64,000 nt of DNA from Mobula birostris (taxonomy: Eukaryota): assembly GCF_030028105.1 (NCBI RefSeq), contig NC_092394.1, positions 21,429,939 to 21,493,938 on the forward strand. Direction: 5' to 3'. The position numbers and the translations under genes were made by a program. Shown in pieces: positions 38,020-51,369 of the stretch. Position 1 is the first letter of the stretch. Every line of letters starts with the position of its first letter. A model generated the notes under the pieces. The model searched no databases, was not told the origin of the DNA, and saw nothing but the letters and a program-made list of their open reading frames with translations.

Positions 38020-41000
38020 ATCCATCCTCCAAAATAAAAATTTATTAATTTTGTAACAAGAACATTGTACTTCATACAACAGTGCATTACTTCACATTAA
38101 GCATCTTAGCACACTTGCAATAAAAATCTATTGTACAGTGGAATACCCCAAAATGAAAAATAGCATACGGTGACAACCTTACATGAAGAGTGGGTCCAGA
38201 GACAGAAACTGTATATTGTCAAATGGACTGATTAAGCTTCATGTGAGAAGTAAACCACAATATGCACAGAAGCTCAGGAATAAAGCAAAATTTTCATATG
38301 TTTCTAAATAATTTACCTCAAACGTTTTGTTTGCCAAATTCGTATGAAGGCACTGTCTTTACTTGTGCCAAATATTCTTTACGAATGTTTTTTATTGTAC
38401 TTTGACAGGTGGTGCCATAAGGTTTATGAAAATGTACCACTGGATTTTTAAAAACTTATGAACTATGGTACATGTACTACCCTCTTACAAAAACAATAAA
38501 GAATGAAGCTTTATCCATACAACACATGCAGTCACATAATGTACATTGGTTTTAAAAAAAGTGTAAAAATCAGTTTCACAATTACAAACCAATGAATGAA
38601 AACTGAATGCCAAGGCAATAAACAGCACACAAGGTACATCTATAATTTAAGAAAATGTACAGCTCAAATGTTCACAATGTAAACAATAATAACCACAATT
38701 ATAAAAGACCACATATAATTGCTTTGTACAAAAATGCCCTTTAAAAGTTGTTAACTGCAGTGGCTTAAAAATAATTTCCAACAGCAGGTTCCAAACTCAT
38801 GTGACACCTGTGTTTGAACTGAGTATTAACTTGTTGTCTGGTCCTCCTATCAGATAATTTCACATGTTCCAGGCAAAATACATTAGGTTTAAGTCTGATA
38901 TTCTCCTTAAATTTTAAATAGATGTAATTAAATAAAATATGGATTTAGGAGTATTACTAGAAGTATAGAAAGATTGAAATGTTTTTTTAAAATTGTACGA
39001 TCCTGTACATCTCAGCCATATTTTCAAAAAGCTGATTCAATTACATGCTTATTCAGATTGGAATTTTAAATCAGATGTAATCAAGAATAGCCCAATAATG
39101 TAAATGTAACACAATTGGGTGTTTATTCTATTCGGGTATCAATGACTGCCAGAACATCAAAATAGGAGAGGGCTGGGTTGGGATAGAGGAGGAAGAGATG
39201 CTGGATTCAGCACTCAGACAAAGGAACAGGTAAAATGTGCCACAAGAGGACCATAACAGAATTATCATACTGCCCTACTTCAACAGTCATCTGATTGTAA
39301 ATTAGTAAACGATTGAAACCAGCATTTATGTACTCTTGCAAAGCAGAGGAAGTTGCAGCAGTGTTTCAAGGAATGGAAAATTAAATGGGAAGAATACTTT
39401 TTTTTGCATGTTTAAGAAATGATTGAGGTGTCTATGACAGAAATAGGGACAAAACAAATAATACTAATTATAATTGGAATGTCAAATTCCACTTTTGTAA
39501 TTTAAAGTATGATAAAAGCAAACAATTTTTAATATATGCTCCAAATCTTGTTTTAGAATTTATGCTTTCCCTGTAATAATTATTTCTCAAGATGATTACC
39601 ATTTGCTGAATCTGGTAAAATAGCACTTTGCCAAGTAGGTGTCAGTAATTTAACATCTAATTCATTAAAAGGATACTTATTTCGAGATCACCCAGAGCAT
39701 TTTTTTTAACAACTCCAATAAATGTAACTGTTTAAGTTCAGTTATTAATGCTTTAAAATCAGTCATTCATTCTAACATACAGAATATAAAAAGTCCTTAC
39801 AGCTTTTACTACATCAAGAAAAATTGCACACTCTAGATATGATACATTAATATTAGTAGATTTAGATGAGAATGCAGGAAACAGTACTTGGGAAGGAGAA
39901 TCATTACAAGACTACTGAAATCCTCAGCTTATTTTCCTAATATTTCCAGTACAACTTGAAGCTTGTGTATCACAGTACAATCAGATGTGCAGCAATATTA
40001 GTTTTAATAGTACAAATGCCTGTTGATACAAGGAAGACTCTAATGCTCTTGCCACTGTTACCAAATTGAAGTAGAGAGCACTTTGCAATTAAATTAATTC
40101 CAGTTTAAAGCAAGAATCCTAGTCCTTATCAAACTGTACTCCCAGGCAGAATGGAGATGCTATTGGGCAGGGAAGTGTGAACTTTATAAAGCACGAACAA
40201 AGATGGTGAATTTAGATCAACAGCTTTTAACAAAATACAAAAAAAAACCATATCAGCAATTTACAAAACTAATAAAAAATGTTTGTGCCTTTAAAGGGTA
40301 AATTTCATTGAAAAGGAATTCCCTATTATGGTTAAGATGAATTTAAGTCCTACAACAAGGATTGCTCTCTGAGCTGATATGGAAGGGTTTATGAAATGCT
40401 CACTGCAGTGTTCAAGTAATAATTCACATTAACCCTGAATGTAGACCATCTGAAAGGAACATGCAAACTAAGAAAATATGTAAACCAATTTCATTTTGAT
40501 TGAAATTGAATCATTTTCAGCATGTTGAGAAGATTAAAATAAACACATCCAACAGTCTCTGTGTAGACCTGCAGAGTGAATGGATCGGTAATCTAAGCAA
40601 GCTTCTGGATATTTAGTGTGCATGGCCTGCTGCACTCCATTATTTCATAACCTTCAAGGGCTCGATGATCATGTTCATAAGATTACACACTTTTTTCTTA
40701 ATGGGAGAGAGGGAATTCAGACTAAATACATTAAAAATGGCAAGAAATGCTAGGTATAAAAGTGACATTAAATGTGTACAAAATGAAATTTATCGCAAAG
40801 AGCAGCTTTTCCCTGATTTCAATTTAGAGGCATGTTAAACAGCAGAAAGGTTTTCTTAATTTCAAGCTTGTTCTGTGTTAGTTGGTGTGCTCTTTTAAAT
40901 GGGATCTCATGGTTAAAGGATTCAGTTACATAATTTTTTTAAAAATTCAAAACCAACTACAGAAAGCCCAAAGTTCACATGCAGTCATCAACAAAATAAA

Positions 41001-41098
41001 ACAAGCGTTTAACATATAGAAAACAAATCGTAAAGTGCATGTTCCTTTGAAAACACATCCGCCTCTTGTCCAGAAACCAACTAAGTTACATCTGGGAA
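38020..41098 (-). other. SSH2: Probable SSH2 3' UTR (~3 kb, no recognisable repeats)
   Basis: Lies between the stop codon and a canonical AATAAA; AU-rich and lacking the TE fragments that fill the flanks. The end point is inferred. Confidence 0.6.
38041..38046 (-). terminator. Candidate polyadenylation signal AATAAA
   Basis: Plus tttatt, followed on the minus strand by a U/GU-rich tract (tttttattttgg...ttttttggtgt). Confidence 0.55.
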
Positions 41099-43192
41099 TT
41101 ATAAAGGATAAGTTGTCTGCTTTTCCTCACTAGTTGCTTGCACTTGCTTTAATGGATGAATTCCATGGTGTTGTTGAGGTGCTATAGCTGTCAGTAGGGT
41201 GGGATAAGGTGCATCTGTGTCAGAAGGCTCTATGTGTGAAAGATTCTGCTTTGCACTCACCACTGAACTGTGTTGGGCTGATGCACTGTCTTTGGCATGA
41301 TGTATTAGAGGCTCCTCTACAGGTTTGGTTTGTACAATACTCTCTGATGTTTCAAGTTCTTCTGTAGGCTGAGGGTCTTGGAGAATAGAAATTGATACAC
41401 ACTTTTTTTTGCTGGGCTCGTCTTCCACAGCACCTCCAGCTCTGATCTCACCTGTCCTTTCCACACTGCATGGTGTGTTCTGGCCAGAATCAGAAAGAGC
41501 TTGGCATGCCTTGGTTGGATCCAAGCTCTTAAATAAATCATCCCTTGAAAGTTCTAGGTAACCTAGTTTAGCAATAGATGCAGAACGTTTCATCTGTGAT
41601 GGAGTTGTGAGGCCTGCTCGTCTTATCTTAGCTTCAATTTCCTCCCCCTGCCAATTACCAACTCCCAGGGTACTATTTAGATGATTTAGACTGCCATTGC
41701 TGGAGCTATGCTGAGGATTGTGATCAAGATTCGAGAAATTTAACATCTTTTCCATGTCCCTGATGCTTTCATCAAATCTGTTGAAACTTAATTCTAAATC
41801 CTGATGGGTAAGTAATGTGATGCAGCCATCTGTTCTTTGCAAGCAGGTCATTTCTTGGTTGACCTCTTGTATCTCTAAATGGACAGTTTCTTTCTCATGA
41901 ATTTCAGTATCAGTATCTGTACTTGACACTGTGACACCTTCCAGGTGTAGGACGGGTATTTGATATTCTTGTAATGGCAAATGAGCACTATCACTATCAA
42001 CTAAAGCAATTTCACATTCTAATGGGGTGTTATTAACCTCTCCCGAGGGTCTATCAAACTGGACAGTCATGCCTTCTGTATGTTGCTTCTGGGATAAACT
42101 TTCAGCACCCAATAATGGCAAAAGATGTGGGTGTCGCAAAGTATCATTTGTATGAACTTCTGACATTTTTAGATTGTTTGCAGACTGTCTGATGGCTTCA
42201 GTTCCCTTCACTGGAGTTTCATCTTCAATGGCAGGAAGTATGGCAACTTCATTTTCCTTCACTGTTGATTCATCTGAAATGGTCATCTTTTCTTCTCCTA
42301 TATCACTAATGCCTACTTGCAAATTTGGCGATTTTAATATACGGGTATACTCAATTATCTCAATTTTCTTAGGAAGTTGGGCGTAAGAATCCAAATCCTC
42401 AGAAGTTTCAAAAGTATGAATTATCCTATGCTCCACAGTGTTCAAAGATCCACATTCAGCTTGCTCCTGTTCTACTTGTGATTGTACCAGGTTCTCCATC
42501 TCATTTAAGTTAATCTCTGGGGCTGACTCTTGATTCAGAGGTTCATTACACTTGAGTAACAAACATTCATCTTCAGTAATTCTTCCTTTCTCTTTATCTT
42601 TCAATAAGCACACTCCAGAAGAGATGTCTACACTCCTGTTCATAACCAAAAAATCATTAGCTGTGGTTCCATCAATCTTCGAGTTTTTACGGGCAGGTAA
42701 TGCTGTTGTCACAGATGATTGATATTCCTGTTCTTGCTTTAATCGTTCTTCAAGCTCCTTGGTTGCACGTTTTACTGAGCCAGGACACCATTTTGCCACC
42801 TGTTTGTGACCTAGTATTTCATCTTGCACAGGTTCTTCGAAGGGTGCTACCTGGTAATCCTCATGACTCTTGACTGATACATTTACCTGATGACATCCAT
42901 TTTGTTTAACTTCATTGTCATTATTTTCAGCAACTAAAGAGTCATTTGTACACATTTCGTTTACAGAACTGTCATTTTCAGAAGGCCATTGGAAATCTGC
43001 TGAGAGTTCATGAACTGTATTCCTCTTTGGCATTTGGATATGGCTACTGATGACACTCTCTGCCTTTGTTTGGCACAAGCCTGTATTCTGGTTGGACTCT
43101 ATTTCCGTCACTATTTCTTTCACAGAAATAACATTTAACGACTGAGACCTGGTTAAGGAAGGCTTCTTACTGAATGTTGATACCGGATTCTC
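41099..43192 (-). CDS. SSH2: SSH2 terminal coding exon (long low-complexity C-terminal tail with S-domain)
   Basis: ccacag acceptor, 2094 nt in frame with ORF 41099..43123; CPGSVKRATKELEERL and EAKIRRAGLTTPSQMKRSASIAKLGYL motifs typical of SSH2. Confidence 0.92.
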   Translation of the reverse strand, partial: ENPVSTFSKKPSLTRSQSLNVISVKEIVTEIESNQNTGLCQTKAESVISSHIQMPKRNTVHELSADFQWPSENDSSVNEMCTNDSLVAENNDNEVKQNGCHQVNVSVKSHEDYQVAPFEEPVQDEILGHKQVAKWCPGSVKRATKELEERLKQEQEYQSSVTTALPARKNSKIDGTTANDFLVMNRSVDISSGVCLLKDKEKGRITEDECLLLKCNEPLNQESAPEINLNEMENLVQSQVEQEQAECGSLNTVEHRIIHTFETSEDLDSYAQLPKKIEIIEYTRILKSPNLQVGISDIGEEKMTISDESTVKENEVAILPAIEDETPVKGTEAIRQSANNLKMSEVHTNDTLRHPHLLPLLGAESLSQKQHTEGMTVQFDRPSGEVNNTPLECEIALVDSDSAHLPLQEYQIPVLHLEGVTVSSTDTDTEIHEKETVHLEIQEVNQEMTCLQRTDGCITLLTHQDLELSFNRFDESIRDMEKMLNFSNLDHNPQHSSSNGSLNHLNSTLGVGNWQGEEIEAKIRRAGLTTPSQMKRSASIAKLGYLELSRDDLFKSLDPTKACQALSDSGQNTPCSVERTGEIRAGGAVEDEPSKKKCVSISILQDPQPTEELETSESIVQTKPVEEPLIHHAKDSASAQHSSVVSAKQNLSHIEPSDTDAPYPTLLTAIAPQQHHGIHPLKQVQATSEEKQTTYPL

Positions 43193-43504
43193 CTGTGGAA
43201 GAAGAAAATAAAATTACATACTTAAAATATTTACAGTATTATTAGCTCCCAATATGTGATAATGATCAATTTCTAAAAAAAAACTTCTGAACTTCACAAA
43301 ATCTACACAAAAAAAATCCAAATTTAAAAACTACTATCTTAATTTGAATCTCCCTTTTTTCCATCTTATTAACAATATAAACATAAATGCAGATTAAAGC
43401 AAGAAATTTTCCAGATATGCTTCAAATTTGAAAATTAGTCATATAGTATTACAGAAGCAAAAACAGAAATTTCTGTAATTTTGTTGATAAGAGTGAATCT
43501 CTCA

Positions 43505-43715
43505 AATTTATTTTTATTTATTTAGAGATACAGTGAAGAATAGGCCCTTCTGGCCCTTCAAGCCATGCTGCCCAATAACCCCTGACAACCCCCATTTAAC
43601 CCCAATTCAATCATGGGACAACTTATAATGACCTATGAACCTACCTGGTACATCCATGAAGAGGATGCCGGAATTAAACTCTGATCTGTAATAATGTCTC
43701 GCTAACCGTTACTCA
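43505..43715 (-). mobile_element. HE1-like SINE (internally deleted) in SSH2 intron
   Basis: tttatttttattatttagagatacagtg..ggcccttctggccc tail; head remnants near 43670-43712. Confidence 0.6.
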
Positions 43716-43769
43716 CGTCATATAGATGAGAATGAATGTCATATATGAATGAGAAATATAGTCTTTAAT

Positions 43770-45060
43770 AAACATATTGGAGTTTACTGAGGATAGATAA
43801 AGGGAAGCCAATAGATTTAGTGCATTTGCCACATTTTAAGATCTAGCCAATAACAGCCAGATACAATTTTTTCCTGTACTTAAGCTTGCAGGGCTGTGCA
43901 TGGAAAAAGTAGTTAAAAAATAAAACGGGGGGATAAGCAGGGAATTTTCACACTAGCATGGTCTAGTTAATGGAGTGTCTCAGGAAATCAGTACTGGGAA
44001 TTTAGTTGTTTACAATCTTTATTAATGGCTTGGAAACATTGCAGCGTATCTAAGTTAGCCAAAGATGCATGTTAAGCAAAATAATTGAGGTTACAGAGTC
44101 TGTAAGTGGATATGGAAAGTAAAACAGTGGGCAAAAGAAAAATGAATTTTTTAAAGGGTGCGGTATAATTAAATGCTGGTGTTCTGAGAGATTTGGCAGT
44201 CCTCGTACAAAATAAAAATTGCAAGCAAAAGTAATCAAGGTTATGGTACTATTTTGCAAAGCAATAGGACAGCAAACTCCGCTATAGACAACTCCAAGCC
44301 TAGTTGCGAGTGTTGGGTATGGGGTTAGCAACCCCATCCTGTAAAAATCCAGTGCTTGCAGGAGCTCCAAAGGCCTTGTCGCTTGGAGAGGATAGACCTG
44401 GGGAAAACTTGAAGGACTGGCCTGAGACAGAGAACCCTGGCAAGCTGCTGTCAGTTGCCTTTGTCCCAGTCGGGTTGATGGGCGAAGAAGAAGAATGGGA
44501 TAACAGACCAAAGGACTTCCACTACATTGGGGCTTTGGAGAGTCTGGAGTGAGAGTACATATGGTTGATCTTATTTAAGGTAGGATATATTTGCCTTGAA
44601 GGCAATGCAGCAAAGGTTTACAAGATTAATTTCTGTGCTTGGACATAATGTGATGGATTGTTTATGAACACAGGGAATAATCGAAGTTATATCCATTAGA
44701 GACAAAAAGAATGAGAGCCGATTTCATTGAAATTAAGGATTCTTAAGGGGCTGGATAGGGCAGGTTTTGCAAGGTTATTTTTGTAGTAATAAGGATTCAA
44801 GGACAATGAGAATCATTCTCAGACTAAAGGCATCAACCACCTCAATGATACAAGGAGGAATTTTCTCTCTTGAAATGGTTTATGAATCCATGAAATTCTT
44901 CAACACAGTACTAACTATTCAGTATATTTAGGCTTTGAGGGGAAAAAAAAAGGTGACAGTGTTCAGGAAGAAGTTACAATCATGACTAAAGATCAGATCA
45001 GCTACAATATAATTGAATAGTGGAGCACATTCAAGAATTTATCCCCATTCTTATGTCCCT
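43770..45060 (+). mobile_element. Highly decayed CR1 RT fragment in SSH2 intron
   Basis: GVSQ/FTIFINGL remnants; ccttgaaggcaatgcagcaaaggtttacaagattaat. Confidence 0.6.
44295..44495 (+). mobile_element. Short RTE-like non-autonomous element
   Basis: gggtatggggttagcaaccccatcctgtaaaaa (RTE 5' UTR-like) joined to an RTE-like 3' end with (GAA)n tail. Confidence 0.5.
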
Positions 45061-45406
45061 GCACCTGTAGGAAATAGAATCAATGTGTTCCATATCTGTC
45101 CATAAACCTGGAAGGAATAGAATCTTAGGATATGAATCCACCCCAGAATGCTGAGACCCTTTTCTAGGAAAAGAAACAGCAAATCTCTTAGATTTCTTTC
45201 ATCATTCAGGTCGCCAAAACATTTGAAACCTATATTTGAAAAAAGAGAGAACACAAAACCTAATGCATGTAAGCTTAATTCAAACAAAAGTGAAATTGGC
45301 TCTGGGATAAGGTGACCCTTTGCAATGAAATAAATAAATTTTTGCTTACTTCATCTGTTTTTAATTTTGATATCATATAGTTTCAAAATGCACCATTTTT
45401 TTTTAC

Positions 45407-46268
45407 CTCATTAGATTTTCCATCAATATCTGTGCTCTTCTCTCTTGCATGGGGAAAGTTATCGACTGACATCTGTCCCAGAATATTCTCAATTTGCTGC
45501 TCTTTGTCAAGGCTCTCTGGAGCAGGTGTTTTTGTGGCACAGTATTTTCCTCCTCCAAGCTCTTCAGCTTTTGAATGTGATTGGACTCGAGTCCCACCCT
45601 CCTGTGAAAGCTCAATAAATTTTTCTCTGGCACTGAAGAAGTCAATTCGATCTGCATTGCGGCCACACATTCCAGCATCTACATTGGATGCTGAGGCTGA
45701 AGGAACTAGTTCTGATGAAGCTATGTGATCTTGCAGTGGAGGTCTAGTTTCAAGTAATGGTGATAAAATGCAGTTTGAGTTTAAATGAACATCTCCTTTT
45801 AATTCACCATCTAAAGCAGTCAATAGCACAGGACATTCAGGGGAAGAAGAAAGTTCCTGATGTGTCAAGGCTGGTTTATCAGCGTGACAATGTTGAAGAG
45901 AACGTGTATCAGCGGTGATGTTTGCACAACTTTTAGTGGTGTCACTGGTGGTTACTACCATTGGCATGGATGCTGAAGAAATGTTACTCTGCAAGGGATC
46001 CAGGTTACAGTTTATAGGTATTTCATTTTCTGCATCAATACCAAAACTTAATTCAATTATTTCCTCATTAACTCCAGGTAAAATTGTATCAGAGGTGTTT
46101 AAATATTGGTGGTTATATAAATGTTCAGCAAGTGGATCAGTTGGCATTTCTGTAGTCGAGGTGCTGTCCCTTCTATTTAAGTCAACAGTAGATTTATTAA
46201 TACGGTCACGGTGGTCAGAAAGGTCGCTGTCAGAGTGTGACCGCCACAGTTTATTGTGCCTCTGTTTG
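45407..46268 (-). CDS. SSH2: SSH2 penultimate exon (KQRHNKLWRSHSDSDLSDH...RIDFFSAREKF...KSNE)
   Basis: 862 nt, phase 2-0, atgcag acceptor, gtaaaa donor; slingshot WRSHSDSDL and RIDFFSAREKF motifs. Confidence 0.93.
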
Positions 46269-49200
46269 CTGCATTAATTAAAAACAGAAAAAATAAAATT
46301 TAAATTAAAGCACCTCACTACGAACATATTTTACATAATGCAGAATGAGGCTGTAAATCACATTCAAGCAGCCCAATCACCTCACAAACATCTAAGAGGT
46401 CATGCCTATTACAGTTAAAAATACAAAATTCATTTTATTTCCCTAATGGTAGCCAATTACCCCAGAAATCTTAAAGATGTTTCAACTACAAAAATTCCTT
46501 TAATTCAGAGTTAGTACTGATGAACTACGGTATCACTTTGCCCACAATCTCTGAATAGCAGCAACATGACTAATTCATTTTTTCCAGGAATTTGATGAGG
46601 AAGGTTTCCCTCAAAACCCTGTCCACTACAACATACACACATACAGAAATTCAGTTCAACTTTCATTATTTGAACACCACTAACTGTATTCCCCTTGAAC
46701 TGAAATTTCAAAGTGTGCAAATTATTCAGGGACTTGTTGCTACAATTTTTCAGACCAGAGGCAAAAAATAATTAATCTCAAACTAACAATGGGGCAAGAA
46801 AAATAATGGTTGAATTATGGATACAATATAACCTAATCAGTTAAAAAAAACTAAAATATCTTGATGTTAAATTTGGAGAATCTCTAAACATTCTGCCTGT
46901 TGCTCCCCACCCTACATTTTCTAAGCAGCTGAGGAACTGTGGGAGAGGAGGAGAATGAAGACAGTTTCAAAAATATGTACTACCATACTTCTTTGTAAAA
47001 TTAGAATTCAAGCTAAATTTGAAAGGGAAAGGGAAGCAACCTTTAAATCAGCCATCGTCTTTGCACAACGTTCAGCAGGAGGGAAATATTATATACATGC
47101 CTAATCAGAGGGCTGAAATTGACCCACTAAAAAGCATTTCTCATGTACCACCAGTGTTGACCCCTTTATAGAATACCGTCTGAATCAAACAAAATAAAGC
47201 AAGATCATCCACTCAAGTGCTGCAACTGCTACTGGAAAGGTGTAAATAGATTGTGTTACACCTAAATACGTTTTTGTGTACAGAGATGCTTTTGAACAGA
47301 CATAAAACTACAACACATTCAAATGAAACTCCCTTCATACATTAAAGGCCAGTGCAATCTGCAATATTGGGAACCATTTTTTTCCGATAATTTCTGTTGC
47401 AAAGCAATTAAAGGGTTTATATTTATGAAAAGTGGCAAAGCTGATATGCAGACGTCCTGTCAAACATAAATGCAGCAGTTCATGAATTCTAGCCTGTGAT
47501 TTCAAGAGGACTTGTTTGAAATTGGCTTTTTGGAAGAGAGTATAACATTCAACATTAATTCATTTATGTTGCTATGATAGGTTCCCTCCAATTCTCACAT
47601 ATCTGCGAACCACTTTCCTTTTCACACCAGTGCCGACATTATCCTATTTGTTGTTGGGAGAATGATTTGATATCATATTTGACATTCAAAACAAAAATCT
47701 AATACTACTATTTTGAGCAGATGATCTTATCATTTTCCAAATCTCACACCTTGTGATGTCTCAAACTCAGGAACAGTGTGTGTATGTGTATGTTGACAAA
47801 CATAAAAAGGAACAAGCAGAAGCAAAGGCATATGATAAACATCAATGTCATATCACATTTCTCTTCAGTCATGGGTATAACAAACAGTTGTTTGGGTTCT
47901 GAGTGACACGATGGTTTTGGAACATCTCCAGTATTGTACAATTCAGCATAATCTAAGCCATTATAACAGTTCAGATTTCTTAACAACAGATATGGTAACC
48001 ATAATTCTGGGGAAAAAATTGTAAAAGCTAAGCAAAAGGATATAAACTTAAAATATTCTAGATGTTGCTACAATACTGCTACATTGTCACCATCTTATTA
48101 AATAGAGGCAGTCCTTAGTTCTGTTCCTGAGAACTGTCCTTGCATCAGTTTCTCCTTAAGTCAGAAACATGCATTTCTAGTTACTCATATTGTATTACAC
48201 TACACGCAATTGCTATAATCATTTCATACAGCAATCAACCTAATAGTGCCCATAATTAAGCTAATAAAATATACTATATAGTCATGAACACGATGGAACT
48301 TTTTTTTATTATTACTAGCATGAAAAAGGTTTTAAAAATGCATGGGAGAATTTGAATTAGGTGAGATTTCCACAGGTCAAATGATTTATAACCTGGGAAG
48401 CCCCTGTTTATTGCTATCACAGCATCATCTACATGATATTTCTTTATTTATACCAATATACTACCAAAACAGTGGCAGTGTCAATAAAAAGCCAGATGAC
48501 AAGAAATGTAATTTCTTAATCAAAATGCTTGTTTATTAGTCCTGCAATCCTGTTGATTCAAATACTTGTATAAATACAAGCTTCAACAAGTATCATTTTT
48601 CCCTATTGCGTAATTCTAACTATTACAAGATACGAAATGATATTTAGCTGATGGAGACAAGTGAATGCAAATGTTCTGAAGGGGGAAATGTCTGGTGTCT
48701 TGTAACCTAATATTTTAAACACAAGTTTTCCTTATGATGGTGCAACATAGTTAAGTTTCATCTGTAATCAAAGATTGTTCTTTGCAAACATAACAACAGG
48801 TATCCATATCTCAGATTTATGTTGCAAGAAAATAAATGGCTGAATTTGAAAAGTTAAAGTTAAATGGGGAGTTTAATATATTGATGAATGCGTAGGCAGC
48901 AACTAAACTTATTTCCACCCAACTATTCTGATTCCTGTTTCCTTCTCTATTCCACCAATGCACATCTGAACTGAATGGTCTCCAAGCTGTTACTGGCTCC
49001 ACATCCCTTAAGATCTTTTTAATTGGCTCCTGAAAGTTCACTATTTGAACTGCATTTGCAGTCAGCTTCCTGAAGCAAGGCTTTTCCACAATTGATTTGC
49101 CAGAAAATAAAGCATTATAACCATTACAACTTACCAGGAGGTTAACTTACCAGCAGGTTAAGCACGTTGGAAAATTTTACATCAAACGCTCCAATATCAG

Positions 49201-50094
49201 ATTTCTAATGAACATACCAAACAAGTACCTACTGCACCTTCTGTGTTTCATTTTCCAAGTCAGAAATTATTAAAGTTTGGATTAGGTTTTCTGAGCACTC
49301 AACAAAATTAGCTAAATTTTGTCTGCTTCTTTTCCTCTTTTATGTTCAAACTATTGTGATGATAGTTTAGCAAAGTCACATGGTCTAAGTAAATCAATTC
49401 TATTTCTTTTTCACCAGTCATATTTGAACATCTTGAAGATGTAAAATGCAAAGGCTTAATCTGAGCCAAGAGGTTTGAATGGTAAATTCTGGCAATTGTG
49501 TTTGATTCTTAACTTGTATTGGAACTTCGAAACACTGTGGGGCTAACCGGCATTATATAGGCCATAGAAGTACAAGGTGACCCCAAGCCAATACTTTCTT
49601 ATGAACATTAAGTATGGGCAATAAGTGTTCCCCTTATCCCATAGAAAAGAAAGTGTCAATCTTTGCTTTAGATTGGCATTTATTACCGGGACATATCAGC
49701 ATTCTGTTTCATTGTATCACAGCCAAGGATTTAAAGTTTATATGAAACAAATAAGGCTCCACTTACACAAGCAAACTATGACAATAATGTAGACCATATC
49801 CTTGACTTTTGGAATATTTTACTCATTAGAAATTGAACCGCAGTATCCCCATTGCTCTCATCTTCAAAATCTTCCAATTTTTGTCCCCAGACATAAGGTT
49901 TTTTTTAAAACCCAGCTGATAGTAATTAGATGTTTCAACAAATAGGGCTTCCCCATATGATAATTATTATGGCTCATTATTTGGCGTGAGAATACATGTC
50001 CAAAACACCAAAAATTGAGTGATGAGGTGGCATACAGGTCAGTGGGTTGAGTGATGTTGTAATGTACTCGGCGTCAGCAAAACCAAGGGACAGA

Positions 50095-50775
50095 TATTAT
50101 GGATTTTAGGAACAGGGAGTCAGAGAAACATATCAGACATCACTGAAGGGTCTGCAGTGGAAAGGGTAAGCAGTTCCAAGTTCCTGGGTGTCAACATAAA
50201 GGAGGACTGGTCCTGAGCTCAGCACATAGATACAGCCATGAAGGCCGTATGCCAGCATCTGAACTTCCTTACAAGTTTGAGATTCAGCATGTCATTGCAG
50301 ACTGACAAACTACTTTAGCTGTACAGTGGACAGCAATCTGATTCATTGTATCACAGCCTAGTATAGAAATTCTAAAGTGCAGAAATGCACGACATTACAG
50401 AGAGTATCGGACACAGCTAGTTCCATCACTCACCCCGCCCCCCAACCCCCAGAAGATATCTACAAGAAATGATGACTCAGGAAACCCACTGTCCCCTCTT
50501 CTTGATGCTGCTATCAGGGAGGTGGTAAAGGAGTGTGCAGACCCACACCTCAATGCTCTACAATAGTTTCTTCCTCACTGCCATCAGCTTCCTGAACAAA
50601 CGTGGAAAACCCAAACACTACTGTAGACTATTTTCTCTCCTCTCTCTCTCTACTTGCATTAGGGTTATGCTTACTTTCATATCAACACTTCAATCATGCC
50701 TGTAATGTACTGAGCTGTTGGTCCAAAAAGCTAATTTTATATTGTACATTCCATGTATGCCTATAATAATGCACT
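50095..50775 (+). mobile_element. Decayed Rex1-type LINE 3' part
   Basis: VERVSSSKFLGVNI-like motif gtggaaagggtaagcagttccaagttcctgggtgtcaac. Confidence 0.65.
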
Positions 50776-51369
50776 TAAACTTGAAGACCGCAGTCTACAG
50801 ATTTAATTTATGCAATCACAAATTCCAATTCTTGGAAGTAGTTAATTGACAACTTATTAATGCTTCATGTTATTTGTTGATACAACTTCATTTCACACTT
50901 GTACTCCAGACTTAAATGTCTACTGTACAATAAGGAAAATTACTATTTGTCATAACACCGAAACAGAAAATGCTGGAAACACTCAGGCAGCTAGGTATTA
51001 ATTGTAGGAAGAGAAATGGTTAATATTTCAAATCTGGAACCCTTCACCAAAACTGAAGGAAGAAAATAAGTTAACTTTAGGTGACAGAGAAGGTTATGGT
51101 GGGACACAGTAGAACAAAGGGAGCATCTCTGATAGGATGAGAAATAATGGCAATTTAGATCAGATTAGATCTGTCTGTATTGTTAATGGTAAAGCTGTGG
51201 AACATGCCCAATGGGCCAAGTTACACACGAAAGAAAATCTGAGCCAAAATGATGGAACAGAGTTGGTTATTCTGATACAGGCATAAAGAAAAAGCAAGTC
51301 ATCTAAAAGTGGAGAATTCAATAAGAGTTTGGAAGGTTGCAATACAAGAAAGATCAGAGAACCACATTC

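Noticed and set aside
45432-46277. Plus-strand ORFs overlapping the SSH2 exon (also 42174..42386)
   Set aside because: Shadow ORFs of a real coding exon.
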